From a virus: a DNA stretch of 64,000 bases. The notes under the pieces were generated by a model that was not told where the DNA came from, made no database searches, and saw nothing but the letters and a program-made list of their open reading frames with translations. Positions 47,708 through 60,610 of this stretch are shown here, piece by piece. Location: the IMG/VR virus record IMGVR_UViG_3300035698_024657, positions 1-64,000 of that record; one strand, given 5' to 3'. The translations under genes and the position numbers were made by a program. Numbering within the stretch: the stretch's first letter is position 1; every line of letters begins with the position of its first letter.

Positions 47708-48003
47708 TGTTTCTTACGCCGAGAAGGCCTCTTCGGTAATTGTTTCTGTGCTGCGTGCGCCGTAAATTCGGCCATCAATGTTGGAAATTGATGTTGGTCA
47801 AATTTATGTCGCATAATAGCGTTCTGTTCTTCAAGAATATTTACACGACTTTGCACTTCTTCTAATTCCCCTAACATGCCTATTTTAGTGGATACAAGCT
47901 TAATAACATCTTCATCAAGTTCAGTAATCTTTACAACAAGTCTATGGATAATTTCATTCGTAATACGTTCAGTGTCAGATGCAGTCTGTTTAGGCTTACT
48001 CAC
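47704..48003 (-). CDS. coiled-coil protein
   Basis: Heptad pattern. Confidence 0.6.
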   Translation of the reverse strand: MSKPKQTASDTERITNEIIHRLVVKITELDEDVIKLVSTKIGMLGELEEVQSRVNILEEQNAIMRHKFDQHQFPTLMAEFTAHAAQKQLPKRPSRRKKQ

Positions 48004-49105
48004 AGTAGTCCCCTATATGGTGCGTTTGTTGTTTACAGGTTGGGCAAATTTTCATTTTACGTAACAATGTAGTCCATGCAACTTCTGCTGCATCAATGTT
48101 ATGATCAAAATCTATCCTTGATAATTGTGAAATATCCGCATCAATTTGCGTAAGTGTATTTGTACGATTTTGGAGAAATGCAATTTTTTGAATATCACTA
48201 CGTAGATCATCAAAATTAACTGCAATATCTTCACGTGACTCAGGAAAACCATCAATATCTTGAGTATTCTTATCTAAAGTATTCGTAAGAGTTTGAAGTT
48301 TCGCCAAACGCAGTACATTTTCCCTTATTTCTGGAAAATCTACAACAATATCGGGTAACGTGGTCAATTTTTTTACAAGTACTCTACCCGCGTCACAGAT
48401 CAATTCATATCGAGCACGAAGATGAGTTAATGCAGTTAACTTATTCTCCATTTCTGTAAGTTTTTGTAGCGCCATTTGCACAGTTTTACATATTGCGTGA
48501 CCTGGCGTAGTATCTTTGGAAGAGGCTACTTTTTCTTGTGCCTCAACACTTTGTGCGGTAGCTACTCTTAACTCTTGATTTCCTGCGCGTATGTCGCGGT
48601 TCACTGCAACAATACCGCGATCTAACAGATGTAAACCGACAAGTCTACCAATTAATTTAGATCGGGTACCTGCAGACCCTCGAGAAATCATAAAAGGTGG
48701 ATCATGTTGATCTGAAAAATAGAGATCAATTTTATCACCGTTCTCAAGTTCAATGATGGACATTTCTAATACGCGTTGAATTTCTTCTGGAATTTCTCTG
48801 CCAAATCCACCATATTCTGCATCATCAAGAAAATATAAATTTTTTGACTGCGTAATTTGTCGGGTCAATGTATGCGACGTACCATCTTCTGCAATAAATT
48901 CTAAAGATAACGTCATAGTAGAGGCATCTCGATTAATAAAATCTTTGCCTGCCGGTAAATCCCTCACCAGCTTACGGAGTGCCCGCAAAATCGAAGATTT
49001 CCCTACATCAGTCTCCCCTATAATGGTGTTAAGACCATCGGTAAACTTTACCGTAGTGTCCTTATGCGCCTGATAATTTACTAAATGTAATGATATGAAT
49101 TTCAT
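47996..49105 (-). CDS. sbcC: Rad50/SbcC N-terminal half ending at the zinc hook
   Basis: NYQAH, GETDVGKSS Walker A, Q-loop (DQ), coiled coil, terminal CPTC. Confidence 0.88.
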   Translation of the reverse strand: MKFISLHLVNYQAHKDTTVKFTDGLNTIIGETDVGKSSILRALRKLVRDLPAGKDFINRDASTMTLSLEFIAEDGTSHTLTRQITQSKNLYFLDDAEYGGFGREIPEEIQRVLEMSIIELENGDKIDLYFSDQHDPPFMISRGSAGTRSKLIGRLVGLHLLDRGIVAVNRDIRAGNQELRVATAQSVEAQEKVASSKDTTPGHAICKTVQMALQKLTEMENKLTALTHLRARYELICDAGRVLVKKLTTLPDIVVDFPEIRENVLRLAKLQTLTNTLDKNTQDIDGFPESREDIAVNFDDLRSDIQKIAFLQNRTNTLTQIDADISQLSRIDFDHNIDAAEVAWTTLLRKMKICPTCKQQTHHIGDYCE

Positions 49106-49112
49106 AGATTGG

Positions 49113-49141
49113 AATGGGGGAAGTATTACACTTCCCCCATT
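49113..49141 (-). terminator. hairpin after the SSB-like gene
   Basis: AATGGGGGAAGT/ACTTCCCCCATT 12-bp stem; weak T tract. Confidence 0.55.
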
Positions 49142-49164
49142 TGAACAGTTACTACTAAAGGACT

Positions 49165-49752
49165 CTAAAAGCCAAAGTCCTCATCAGCATTCAATGCCTG
49201 CGGGTCAACGACGGCAGCCGTGCCCTGGACGGCGGTTGCCGTAGCCGGAGCAGGGGAAGGGGAAGCCACTTGTGCTGCTGCAGGAGCAGCCACCGCAGGC
49301 GCAGCGGTCGCGGGAGCGGCGGCAGGTGCTGTTGCTACAGGGGGAGGAACTGCCTGAGTTTGATCAGGTATGTATGCAGCGAGTGCAGTAACGTTCGAAT
49401 ACGTGGTCGTACGTTCTTGCCCATCAACCATAGACGGTTTGACGTTATTCGTAATTTGAACTTTGACCATTCTACCGATCAAATCGTCCAATTCAAATTC
49501 GTCATTTCCACCTAAAATGACCCCAAAAGCTTGTAACCATGAGAACATCTTACTCTTTGGTGACACTTTCATGCTACTCATTCCAGTAACGGTCGTGCCG
49601 ACGGCAGAAGGATCGTTCGGAGACTCTTTAATCACAAAAGACCATTTGATGTTTGCGCCAAATGTAGCGTGATTAGTCTCTTCAAGACTATCAAGTTGTG
49701 CAAGGTAAAAGCCTTCAGGAATCGGCTTGTTTTCTTGGTGGCGTACTTTCAT
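49165..49752 (-). CDS. single-stranded DNA-binding protein-like (OB fold)
   Basis: IPEG.Y.A...IKWSF...LDDLIGR; Ala/Pro linker; acidic tail DEDFGF. Confidence 0.7.
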   Translation of the reverse strand: MKVRHQENKPIPEGFYLAQLDSLEETNHATFGANIKWSFVIKESPNDPSAVGTTVTGMSSMKVSPKSKMFSWLQAFGVILGGNDEFELDDLIGRMVKVQITNNVKPSMVDGQERTTTYSNVTALAAYIPDQTQAVPPPVATAPAAAPATAAPAVAAPAAAQVASPSPAPATATAVQGTAAVVDPQALNADEDFGF

Positions 49753-49844
49753 TTTGAATTCCTCAACATTTTGGGTAAATTATTTTGCATATCCATATGG
49801 CATATGCATGCTTCATTCTGCGGTTTTCTTTTTCTCCTCATTTT

Positions 49845-50486
49845 TCATACTGTATTCTTATGTGGTAATGGTGAATGGGCTGCCGAGAGAGTCACTGAAG
49901 GCCCAGAGGTTCTACCAGTTCCACCGCTATCTAACGCGCGTTGAATTTCTCCGATTTCAATCTGTGTTTGTATCACAGTAATCTGTCGAGAAATATTTTT
50001 ATTGGTACTATCAAGTTTATCGAATTCGTTTTTGACAACCTTAGTAAATGTACGCGCCTGTGAAAGTGAACCATCAATGACAGTCACCGCAGCCTTCAAT
50101 TGGGCTAACAGTGAATTGCATGCACCTTCACGTAATTCTTTATTAGAAAAATCCTTTATCGGAGATGTAGGTAAGCGCCTATCGAATTCTGTCTTATATA
50201 ATGATGTAATCTTCTTAGATAACACATTAAGACCGTCTTCATTAATAATTGCTCTACTGAACACAGTAGCTGTACGTGTCTTAAGCGCATCAACCTGTGC
50301 AATTTGCATATTTAACACACCGATTACATCTGCACTGGGATCTGCAGATAATGTAACAGATTGCGCATTGAGCTCTTTTAAAAAGACATCGTACTGCAAA
50401 ATAGCGTAATTTGTATATTCATCAATAATTTCCTGTGCCCCGTCAATCGAAAGAAGTGCAATTGGAGTTAGATTTACTTCAATCAC
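49845..50486 (-). CDS. helical protein (recombination mediator-like?)
   Basis: Helical; located between the recA region and the SSB-like gene. Confidence 0.5.
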   Translation of the reverse strand: MIEVNLTPIALLSIDGAQEIIDEYTNYAILQYDVFLKELNAQSVTLSADPSADVIGVLNMQIAQVDALKTRTATVFSRAIINEDGLNVLSKKITSLYKTEFDRRLPTSPIKDFSNKELREGACNSLLAQLKAAVTVIDGSLSQARTFTKVVKNEFDKLDSTNKNISRQITVIQTQIEIGEIQRALDSGGTGRTSGPSVTLSAAHSPLPHKNTV

Positions 50487-50790
50487 CGTTATTCTCCAAT
50501 CCCCTATTCACAGTCAATTCTCTGTGCATAATTGATTTACTTAATTCGATATCATTTTGACACGCTAAAGCAACGTCTTCGGCTAATGCACGTAACGTCA
50601 TTTTACCTAAAGAGGCCTTCATTTTTTGATAAGCTGCTTGACCTTCCGCAGTAGTTATATCAAGTGGAGGATCCAGTTCAATTTCAATTGAAGTGCCTCC
50701 GATTGACCAACTCCCGAAACCAAATGCAGAACCAACAGTTTTACCTGTGCCATGCTTGACCATTTTTGTAATCAATACCTTGCCGTTCAT
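50479..50790 (-). CDS. hypothetical protein
   Basis: AAAGGA SD; AT-rich upstream region with TATAAT. Confidence 0.65.
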   Translation of the reverse strand: MNGKVLITKMVKHGTGKTVGSAFGFGSWSIGGTSIEIELDPPLDITTAEGQAAYQKMKASLGKMTLRALAEDVALACQNDIELSKSIMHRELTVNRGLENNGD

Positions 50791-50842
50791 TAGTATCCTT
50801 TCTGTTACTTATTATACATTATAAATAAGAGATTTGTGCAAA

Positions 50843-51955
50843 TTATTCTGCAGCTTCTCCCTTAAATTTAGGGAACTCTATATCTTCGGTATCCGCGGCA
50901 TCCTCCGAAGAATCTTCTGTACGGGTACCTATATGCTGTTCAAGGAGCAGGGCATATACCCGTGCTTGAAATTCTTCATCAGCCAAAGCTTCTTTAATCG
51001 CAGTAACGGTCGGATATTCAAGAACCTCATCACCTAAAGTGAGAAGATATCCTTTGGGTGACTTCTCATACATTTTCCTATTCTTAAGAATAGACATGAC
51101 GGATTTTACGGTATCCAATCCCTGGGTATAATTAATGAAAAACTCGCCCTCACGCAAAGGGGGTCCAAGTTTGTTCTTTTTGTTCTTCACTTCAATGGAG
51201 TGCCCAATAACATCACCGTGCTCGGTTACTTGCGACTGTGATTTCTTATTTACTCTATATCGTTGAGCCGCATAAAATTTTAGCGCTCTTCCCCCAGGAG
51301 TACTTTCAGGACTACCAAACATTACTCCGGGTTTCTCTCTAATCTGATTGATAAAAATACAACAAGGACCATCTGGGCCCTCTGGATCCAATGCACCTAA
51401 AGTGGCGACAATTTTTTGAATTCCTTTACTTGCTGCTCTGGCGGCTTCGGCCATATAGGCTTTGTCTATCGTGCCCTCAAGTTGTGCCCGAGGAATCATT
51501 GCTGCAAGCGAATCAATAACGATATATGTATACACACCCGAACGAATTGCTTCAATTATTACATCATAATTTTGTTCTGCGGTTAATCCCGCACTCACGA
51601 TATCGAAATAATTAAGATCAATTCCAAGAGTTTCTAACCACTCTACGGGAGTACCTCCCTCGATATCAAAATATAGTGCGGTTGACTTAAACATTTTCTG
51701 TGCATAGGCAACTGCACATAAAGACAATAAAGATTTACCGCTAGACTCGGGGCCATATATTTCAATTACCCTACCACTTGGAAATCCCCCACAACCTGTA
51801 GCGACGTCAAATGTAAAGATGCCTGTAGGAATAGAACGTACTGCGGGTAAGTCCGCTGCAGTATTTACAGTCACTCCTTCTTTCTTATACTTTACTTGAA
51901 ATGCGTCCTTAAATCCTTGACGCCCTTCACTCGGTTTACTCGCTTTTACCATCAT
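50843..51955 (-). CDS. recA: RecA recombinase
   Basis: GRVIEIYGPESSGKS; VIDSLAAMIP; FINQIREK; GG.ALKFYA; KNK..PP. Confidence 0.95.
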   Translation of the reverse strand: MMVKASKPSEGRQGFKDAFQVKYKKEGVTVNTAADLPAVRSIPTGIFTFDVATGCGGFPSGRVIEIYGPESSGKSLLSLCAVAYAQKMFKSTALYFDIEGGTPVEWLETLGIDLNYFDIVSAGLTAEQNYDVIIEAIRSGVYTYIVIDSLAAMIPRAQLEGTIDKAYMAEAARAASKGIQKIVATLGALDPEGPDGPCCIFINQIREKPGVMFGSPESTPGGRALKFYAAQRYRVNKKSQSQVTEHGDVIGHSIEVKNKKNKLGPPLREGEFFINYTQGLDTVKSVMSILKNRKMYEKSPKGYLLTLGDEVLEYPTVTAIKEALADEEFQARVYALLLEQHIGTRTEDSSEDAADTEDIEFPKFKGEAAE

Positions 51956-52479
51956 TTTACCTCAATAATCTGCACAGTTTTATTTGCAGCGTTTTCTTTA
52001 TGTATTACATTATATTTTGACATAACATCAATCTTATCAATAGTATACTTTATTTGTTGATACCTTTTATCAAATTCTTGAGCTGCCTCAGATATTGTCC
52101 GAGGTTCCCTAAAATAGTCAATTAATGCAGGGATCAATTCAGTCGGAGTGAGCGTAGCATGTACGATAAGTTCTTTACATATTTTTCGAGATAGTGCCTC
52201 GTCAAAAGGAATAGTTTCTTTTGAAGTATACGTAGTAAGAAGTTTGAATTCGATACTAGGTGAAGTTTCACGGGTACTATACAGCGGATAATCCTTATCA
52301 AGAATACACGTCGTTCCCCATGGAGTAGCTACGATAATTTTTACCGTATTCTTCATAGTCACCAATACTCGATCATACCCCCATCCCGCGAAATTTCCGA
52401 TGTCGTCAATTATTGCAACCCCGCCCTGAGTAACGTATACTGTACCTACTTGAATATCATCAAAAGCAACTTGAGGCAT
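51952..52479 (-). CDS. protein with C-terminal winged HTH
   Basis: TISEAAQEFDKRYQQIKYTIDKI. Confidence 0.6.
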   Translation of the reverse strand: MPQVAFDDIQVGTVYVTQGGVAIIDDIGNFAGWGYDRVLVTMKNTVKIIVATPWGTTCILDKDYPLYSTRETSPSIEFKLLTTYTSKETIPFDEALSRKICKELIVHATLTPTELIPALIDYFREPRTISEAAQEFDKRYQQIKYTIDKIDVMSKYNVIHKENAANKTVQIIEVK

Positions 52480-52484
52480 ATTAA

Positions 52485-53042
52485 TTATACCTTAATTTCA
52501 TCAGATAATGGCGGAAGATCTATGTAGTTATGAATATAAGATACGGGCACCCATACAAATATATCAGATTTACCGTTAATCTCAAGATACTCTTCTTCAA
52601 ATATTGGTAAAGGTTTAAGGATGTCTGTAAATTTAAGGAGTGCCGCACGAGTACACGGAACATTCATCACAACAAGGTACGCCCTATCTGTTTTACTTAT
52701 ATTTGCTGCAGGATGATTATACACTTGATGGAAAAACGTTTCCCATTTTCGCCGGGGAATATGAATACGTGGTTCGGGATACCTTTCTTGCGTAGTCCAA
52801 CAAGAATTGTTAGTCAATTCTAAACCTACAATCTCCCCTGTTTGTAGATTTCTTGCACATACATCAATCTTATCATACGTGCCATTGACCACACATTCTA
52901 ATCCACGTTTTTGACAATATTTGACCATGGCTGCACGGGCAGTACTATCATCAAAAATTGAGTGTGGGTCAGCTGCGCGAATTATCATCTGTATCTTCCT
53001 TTGAGTCATCTTCAATTTCATCGAGCATACTATACATATCAC
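52485..53042 (-). CDS. putative PD-(D/E)XK-fold nuclease
   Basis: D..AR...YDKIDV...GLEL...W...IHIPRRK; start uncertain. Confidence 0.45.
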   Translation of the reverse strand: MICIVCSMKLKMTQRKIQMIIRAADPHSIFDDSTARAAMVKYCQKRGLECVVNGTYDKIDVCARNLQTGEIVGLELTNNSCWTTQERYPEPRIHIPRRKWETFFHQVYNHPAANISKTDRAYLVVMNVPCTRAALLKFTDILKPLPIFEEEYLEINGKSDIFVWVPVSYIHNYIDLPPLSDEIKV

Positions 53043-53346
53043 TAAACTTCGCTAAACGTGTACCCATTTCTACTATACTCGTTTCAAGATTTATTACTGA
53101 CGCATCGATATCCGACGTCTTCATCAAAATTGTTTGAATCAATCGAGTAAGTGACATAAAATTGAAATTAATTATACGTAAAAACTGTAGAACATCATCA
53201 AGGTCTGCAGGAACGGGGTTGTCCCCTACCATCTTGCTATGAATCTCTTGAACCTTTTTCTGCATTTCCCGTGCTTCTTTCATTCCTTCACCATCCATGG
53301 AGTCATCATCCCCGAACGGGAAATTGTTGTCAGGATCCCGTGCCAT
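52969..53346 (-). CDS. hypothetical protein
   Basis: AAGGAG SD; helical. Confidence 0.65.
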   Translation of the reverse strand: MARDPDNNFPFGDDDSMDGEGMKEAREMQKKVQEIHSKMVGDNPVPADLDDVLQFLRIINFNFMSLTRLIQTILMKTSDIDASVINLETSIVEMGTRLAKFSDMYSMLDEIEDDSKEDTDDNSRS

Positions 53347-53511
53347 TTTTTAACTCCTTCAGTTCTGCCTTGAGTAACCCATTATTTTGTTGCATACGTG
53401 CAGCATAAATTTTCCAACAAATTAAACAATCCTGCTTAGGTGGCGAACTTGCTTTATATCTTTTATGATCTTTGCATATCACAGTTATAATAGTCCGATT
53501 CTTCATATAAT

Positions 53512-56316
53512 TTACGCGGCCTCATCTGCATAGAACTGCGCAAGTCCCGCGGCAATATCATCAGCGGAGATTTCGGTAAGGTCGCCCCAATTACGCCCAA
53601 TTTCAATCTCGGAGGCCATAGGTACTTTCATGTTTTCAACATTTTCAGTCATCTTCTGGTGACACATAGTCAATACTGCTTCCGCACATGCGGGCGCGAG
53701 TTCAAGAATAATAGAATCATGTACGGTCAAAATAAGGTGAGCTTCCCACTCGGGATGTTTACGCAATTCATCATATATCTTAATCAGCGCCACTCCGGTA
53801 AGGTCCGCAGCCCCTCCCTGAATAGGTGCATTCACTGATTGACGTAATGCCTCGGCCCATTTTTGTTTATCTGCAAATTTCATTTGCGCGTACGGGAGTC
53901 GTCGAACTCTACCAAAATATCCCGGAGAATGTCCAACAGATTCCGCATACTTTTTAGTAGTGGCTAACCATCTACGGGCAACAGGATACTTAGCAAAAAA
54001 CTGTTTAATAATCGATTCAGCCTCTTCTGTAGTGATTTTTACTTGTTTCGCTACAGATGCCGCACCCCTACCATACATCAATCCGAATACTACGAATTTT
54101 GCAGCAGACCTCTGGTCCTTTGTAACCTCTTTTTCCGGAATACCCCAAAATTGTGCAGCCGTTGCCCTATGGATATCTAAACCACTTTTAATGTCATTAA
54201 TCATATCCAGATCATTAGACAATTCTGCCCACATGCGGAATTCCGCCTGGGCATAATCCATTTGAGCAATAATCCAACCAGGATAAGTAGGAATAAAGGC
54301 CTTTTTAATGTCTTTGTTCGCTCTGGGAATATTCTGTAAATTTGGATCAGAACTACTAAGACGTCCAGTCACCGTAACATGTTGATTAAAATTCGTATGG
54401 ACCCGATCACCTTGCTTTGCCCTTTTTATCTGGCCTTTTACATATGTCTTATGTAACTTACTTAATGTGCGGTTCTCTGAAAGTGCCGCGACACATATAT
54501 GGCTATCCGTTAATGCCTCAAGTACTTCTTTATCGGTAGATAACCCAGCTTTGCCAGTTTTTTCAGGGAAGGGATGAACGAGACCAATCACATCAAACAA
54601 TAAAAGTCGAAGGTGATCATGAGAATTTACATTAAAGGGTATAGGCTTACCATAATGGACACCATAAGCCTTCTTAGTGAATTTCGGTTTCTTCTGAGTA
54701 AGCCCAGCTTTAAAATCTATAGTAGTCTTGAGAGTTTCCCAACGCTCTTCTGCCTTCTTTTGACTTTTCTTGAGTAACTTTTCACACGTTGTTGTAATCT
54801 CAGGCATACAAAGTAATGACTGCACAAGTGCTTCTAATTTTAGGGAATACCCTACATCTAATTTACGCAAATATGGAATGTTTACCTTTGCTCCACGGTG
54901 CTCCATGGCATCAAGTACTCTACGCTGCCTCATAACTAATTTATGATAATACCTAACCATATCAGTTTCAGGACGATTATTGTGCGAATACGCATATGTT
55001 GCAGCTTCTTTATGTAGGCGTCTCGTAAGTACATGAAATACGCGAAGGGTGGCATCTGCATCCATTGCGGCATACGGCCAAAGAATCTCCGTAGGAATAT
55101 CTGCGTAAGTAATATCCTTCTCGCGCAGTGCAAGATCTTCTAATTCTCCCTCAAGTTCTACAATATCTTGATTGATTTCAATTGATTCAGTATCGTCGGC
55201 CTTCTTGAGTATCTTCTTAAGGCCTTTTATCTTATCTTTACACGTTTTTTGATCTGCCTGCAATAATTTACGGCGATCAATCTTTAACTGCGTCTTACAT
55301 GCATCAAGGCCTTCATCATAATTACCCATATCCGTATATACGTTTGCCATTGCTTTTAAGCCCTTCAAATCGTTCGCATTTTCATCACATAACGATTGAA
55401 GTAACATAGTATCTTCCATTGGCCCAGCAATTTCAATACCTGCAGTTTTTAGGAATTTCGCGTCAAATGAAATATTTTGCGCGATCCAAGTAACGCTGGG
55501 ATCCCCATAAATATTGCAAAGAGCGGTATGTATCTCTGCAAGTTCCTCTTCCGTCCAAATTGTTGCTTCTTTATATCCCAATAATGGTAGAACTACCGCA
55601 GTATTTTCTTTCCATGAAAAAGAGTAACATAACAGACGATCTTTCACAAAATCAAACCCAGTCGTTTCGGTATCAAATACAATAGTCTTCTGTTCCCGCA
55701 TCTTTACCATTAATTTACGGAATTGATCAATAGTTTGAACGTATGCATACCGTACGGCAGATCTTGTAGGTGTTTCGCCCCGAGTAAGTTGACCAAATGT
55801 CTTAAAATGTTTCAGCGCTCTATCTTTATACGTGATATTCCGCTGTACGTACGACGGATGTACACTTACAAAAACTCGGTAAGAGGCAGAATCAGTTTTA
55901 TAGTTAATTACTTGTCCCGCAAGTTTCATTACTTGCGTTTGTCCGGTAATCGCCTCTAATGCATCACCACCTAAAGTAATGATGAATCTTGGTTTAACCG
56001 CATTAATCTCTTGATCTAAATAAGTACGACAAGCTGCACGCTCCTCTGTAGTACTTGGACGATTACCGGGAGGACGACATTTAGCCAAAGTGGTAATATA
56101 CACATTGGCTCGGGTTAACCCCATTGCATGGATAAATTCATCCAATAACTGGCCTGGTACGGATTTTGGGGCAAATTGTTTCCCTGTGCTATCTTCATGG
56201 TCGCCGGGTTCTCTTCCAATAATCATTACATCGCAAGGCGATGGGCCTTCCCCCCAAAGGCAGCGGGTATTTGCTCCCGGGCCAAGAGTACAAAGAGTAC
56301 AATTTGGATTCCTCAT
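53512..56316 (-). CDS. polA: family A DNA polymerase with N-terminal uracil-DNA glycosylase domain
   Basis: C..C.L, IG..PG, KCRPPGNR, HPSY (family-4 UDG-like); FDTETTG exonuclease; TGRLSS.DPNLQNIP, DYAQAEFR, R..AK...FG..YG, VHDS. Confidence 0.95.
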   Translation of the reverse strand: MRNPNCTLCTLGPGANTRCLWGEGPSPCDVMIIGREPGDHEDSTGKQFAPKSVPGQLLDEFIHAMGLTRANVYITTLAKCRPPGNRPSTTEERAACRTYLDQEINAVKPRFIITLGGDALEAITGQTQVMKLAGQVINYKTDSASYRVFVSVHPSYVQRNITYKDRALKHFKTFGQLTRGETPTRSAVRYAYVQTIDQFRKLMVKMREQKTIVFDTETTGFDFVKDRLLCYSFSWKENTAVVLPLLGYKEATIWTEEELAEIHTALCNIYGDPSVTWIAQNISFDAKFLKTAGIEIAGPMEDTMLLQSLCDENANDLKGLKAMANVYTDMGNYDEGLDACKTQLKIDRRKLLQADQKTCKDKIKGLKKILKKADDTESIEINQDIVELEGELEDLALREKDITYADIPTEILWPYAAMDADATLRVFHVLTRRLHKEAATYAYSHNNRPETDMVRYYHKLVMRQRRVLDAMEHRGAKVNIPYLRKLDVGYSLKLEALVQSLLCMPEITTTCEKLLKKSQKKAEERWETLKTTIDFKAGLTQKKPKFTKKAYGVHYGKPIPFNVNSHDHLRLLLFDVIGLVHPFPEKTGKAGLSTDKEVLEALTDSHICVAALSENRTLSKLHKTYVKGQIKRAKQGDRVHTNFNQHVTVTGRLSSSDPNLQNIPRANKDIKKAFIPTYPGWIIAQMDYAQAEFRMWAELSNDLDMINDIKSGLDIHRATAAQFWGIPEKEVTKDQRSAAKFVVFGLMYGRGAASVAKQVKITTEEAESIIKQFFAKYPVARRWLATTKKYAESVGHSPGYFGRVRRLPYAQMKFADKQKWAEALRQSVNAPIQGGAADLTGVALIKIYDELRKHPEWEAHLILTVHDSIILELAPACAEAVLTMCHQKMTENVENMKVPMASEIEIGRNWGDLTEISADDIAAGLAQFYADEAA

Positions 56317-56320
56317 TTAT

Positions 56321-56623
56321 TTAGTCTACCCCATTTTTAAGGTCTTCTCGTTGCTTCGCATCATGAATTTTTTCCATTTGCGCCGCGTCATCGTCTGCGC
56401 TTTGGTTTACTTTTGCAGTATAGTCAGGAAAACCACGTAATCGTTTATTCATATGTCGTCCTGTAAACTGGAAACCTGTACCACCGAAAGCGGTGTTTTT
56501 ACATGTTTCCTTACATGTAGGACACTGTGCGGTATGTTCTGCACTATCTGTGGACAGAGATTGTCTCTCTGTCCACATAAGGCCACATTTACATTGAAAT
56601 TTATATGTCGGCACGCAAAACAC
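56321..56623 (-). CDS. FmdB-like Zn-ribbon protein
   Basis: PTY.FQCKCG...CPTC...FQFTG. Confidence 0.75.
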   Translation of the reverse strand: MFCVPTYKFQCKCGLMWTERQSLSTDSAEHTAQCPTCKETCKNTAFGGTGFQFTGRHMNKRLRGFPDYTAKVNQSADDDAAQMEKIHDAKQREDLKNGVD

Positions 56624-56856
56624 CCTGAGTTTTATAGATTTTGTACATATCCTTAATCATCTTACAAAAACTGGCTGCCTGGTCCATAGGAACATACTGA
56701 GTATCTGATGTAACATCATCCTCAATACATCCTCGAAAAACCAAGAAAGATAAGAAACCATCACTAAGGCCGAACAAATCTATCTTAATGTTATTTGAAA
56801 ATTTACTCGGAATCAACGACATTTCAAGTTCCGGTAAAAGTCCATCCTTTTCTACA

Positions 56857-56876
<20 letters not shown>
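56601..56876 (-). CDS. hypothetical protein
   Basis: Closely packed ORF. Confidence 0.55.
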
Positions 56877-59289
<2,413 letters not shown>

Positions 59290-59472
59290 CTACGTGGCAG
59301 GATCATGATGAAATCTTTCCTTTGTAGCATAATGATGAAATCTCTCATAAAACATGTATAAAATTTCATCTAATTTAACTACATCGTATATCCCCTGCAA
59401 TTCATTTTCATACGCCTTGTATACAGGTGCCCATTCAATTAATCCACTCATCAGTTACTGTAACCTTTCGAA

Positions 59473-60168
59473 TTACGGCGTATTTATATATTTTTCCCAT
59501 ACGGCATCAGACACTATAGGATCTTTCATATTATTTGCTTTAAATGCTGCCAATCGTTCATGGCAAGCATCACATATCATACACGGTTCCTCTCCCCCAA
59601 CGTAACACGTCCAAGTATGTTCATACGGTACTTTAAGATATTGGCCCACTCTAATTATTTCCTCCTTGGTAGAAGTAATAAACGGAGTATCAATTGCAAG
59701 ATCGTGAATAGTTCCAGCTAAAAGCATTAACTGCTGAAGGGCATCAAAATATACTGGCCGACAATCTTCATAATTAGCATGATCTTCAGCAGTTGGTCCC
59801 ATATAGATCATATTCAAATTATGCGCCTTACAATATGCAGCAGCCAAGAATGCAATAAATGTATTCCTATAAGGTACTACAGTATTGGCCTGTTTTTGTG
59901 TATCCTGTGCAGGTATCTCGAGAGTAGGATCAGTTAATGGTGAACCTCCGAACGCTGTGAGATCAAATGGTAAAATTCTATGTGGAACTTTTGTAATTTT
60001 ACAAAGATTTTGTGCACATAGCAATTCTTTAATATGCCGCTGCCCGTAATTAACGGAAACCGCGTGGACTTCTTCACATTGTTGGAGTGCTAAATATAAT
60101 ATCGTAGCACTATCCGCACCTCCGCTGAGTGTCACGACTGCTTTATTTTTCCGGGGCAACACACTCAT
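59473..60168 (-). CDS. queC: 7-cyano-7-deazaguanine synthase
   Basis: SGGADS, YGQRH..E, VP.RN, Y.DCRP, TWTCY, C..C..C..R. Confidence 0.95.
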   Translation of the reverse strand: MSVLPRKNKAVVTLSGGADSATILYLALQQCEEVHAVSVNYGQRHIKELLCAQNLCKITKVPHRILPFDLTAFGGSPLTDPTLEIPAQDTQKQANTVVPYRNTFIAFLAAAYCKAHNLNMIYMGPTAEDHANYEDCRPVYFDALQQLMLLAGTIHDLAIDTPFITSTKEEIIRVGQYLKVPYEHTWTCYVGGEEPCMICDACHERLAAFKANNMKDPIVSDAVWEKYINTP

Positions 60169-60169
60169 A

Positions 60170-60610
60170 CTAAACTATCTCCTCATAAGGAAAGACTACC
60201 CATTGTTTCTCATTATCATGAACAAAGAAGGTAGGATCAAACTTCGTCACTTCTTTGTTACTATATACCGCAGCAGTTTGTATACGGAACCCTCTTTCTT
60301 TGAAAAATATCGAACATTTCGTAAAAGTTACTCCAGTATCTGCAATATCGTCAACAATCAAAAGACGCCGACTTACTACAGAAGATATCGGTAACCCAAT
60401 ACTACTTCGTTCACCTCCATCAGGTCGAAGAGAATGTGGATCAAATGCGAACATCGGAGTATCCAATTGGTGCGATAAACATACTCCTGGAACTAATCCG
60501 CCCCGAGTCAATCCGACTATCGCATCAAATCGCTCGTCTTTAAAATAGTAAGCAATTTTATGCACCGCGATAATATACTGATTCCACGACATGTGTATTT
60601 TATCAGCCAC
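60170..60610 (-). CDS. purine phosphoribosyltransferase (Gpt-like)
   Basis: RGGLVP; LIVDDIADTGVT PRPP-binding loop; WVVFPYE. Confidence 0.9.
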   Translation of the reverse strand: MADKIHMSWNQYIIAVHKIAYYFKDERFDAIVGLTRGGLVPGVCLSHQLDTPMFAFDPHSLRPDGGERSSIGLPISSVVSRRLLIVDDIADTGVTFTKCSIFFKERGFRIQTAAVYSNKEVTKFDPTFFVHDNEKQWVVFPYEEIV

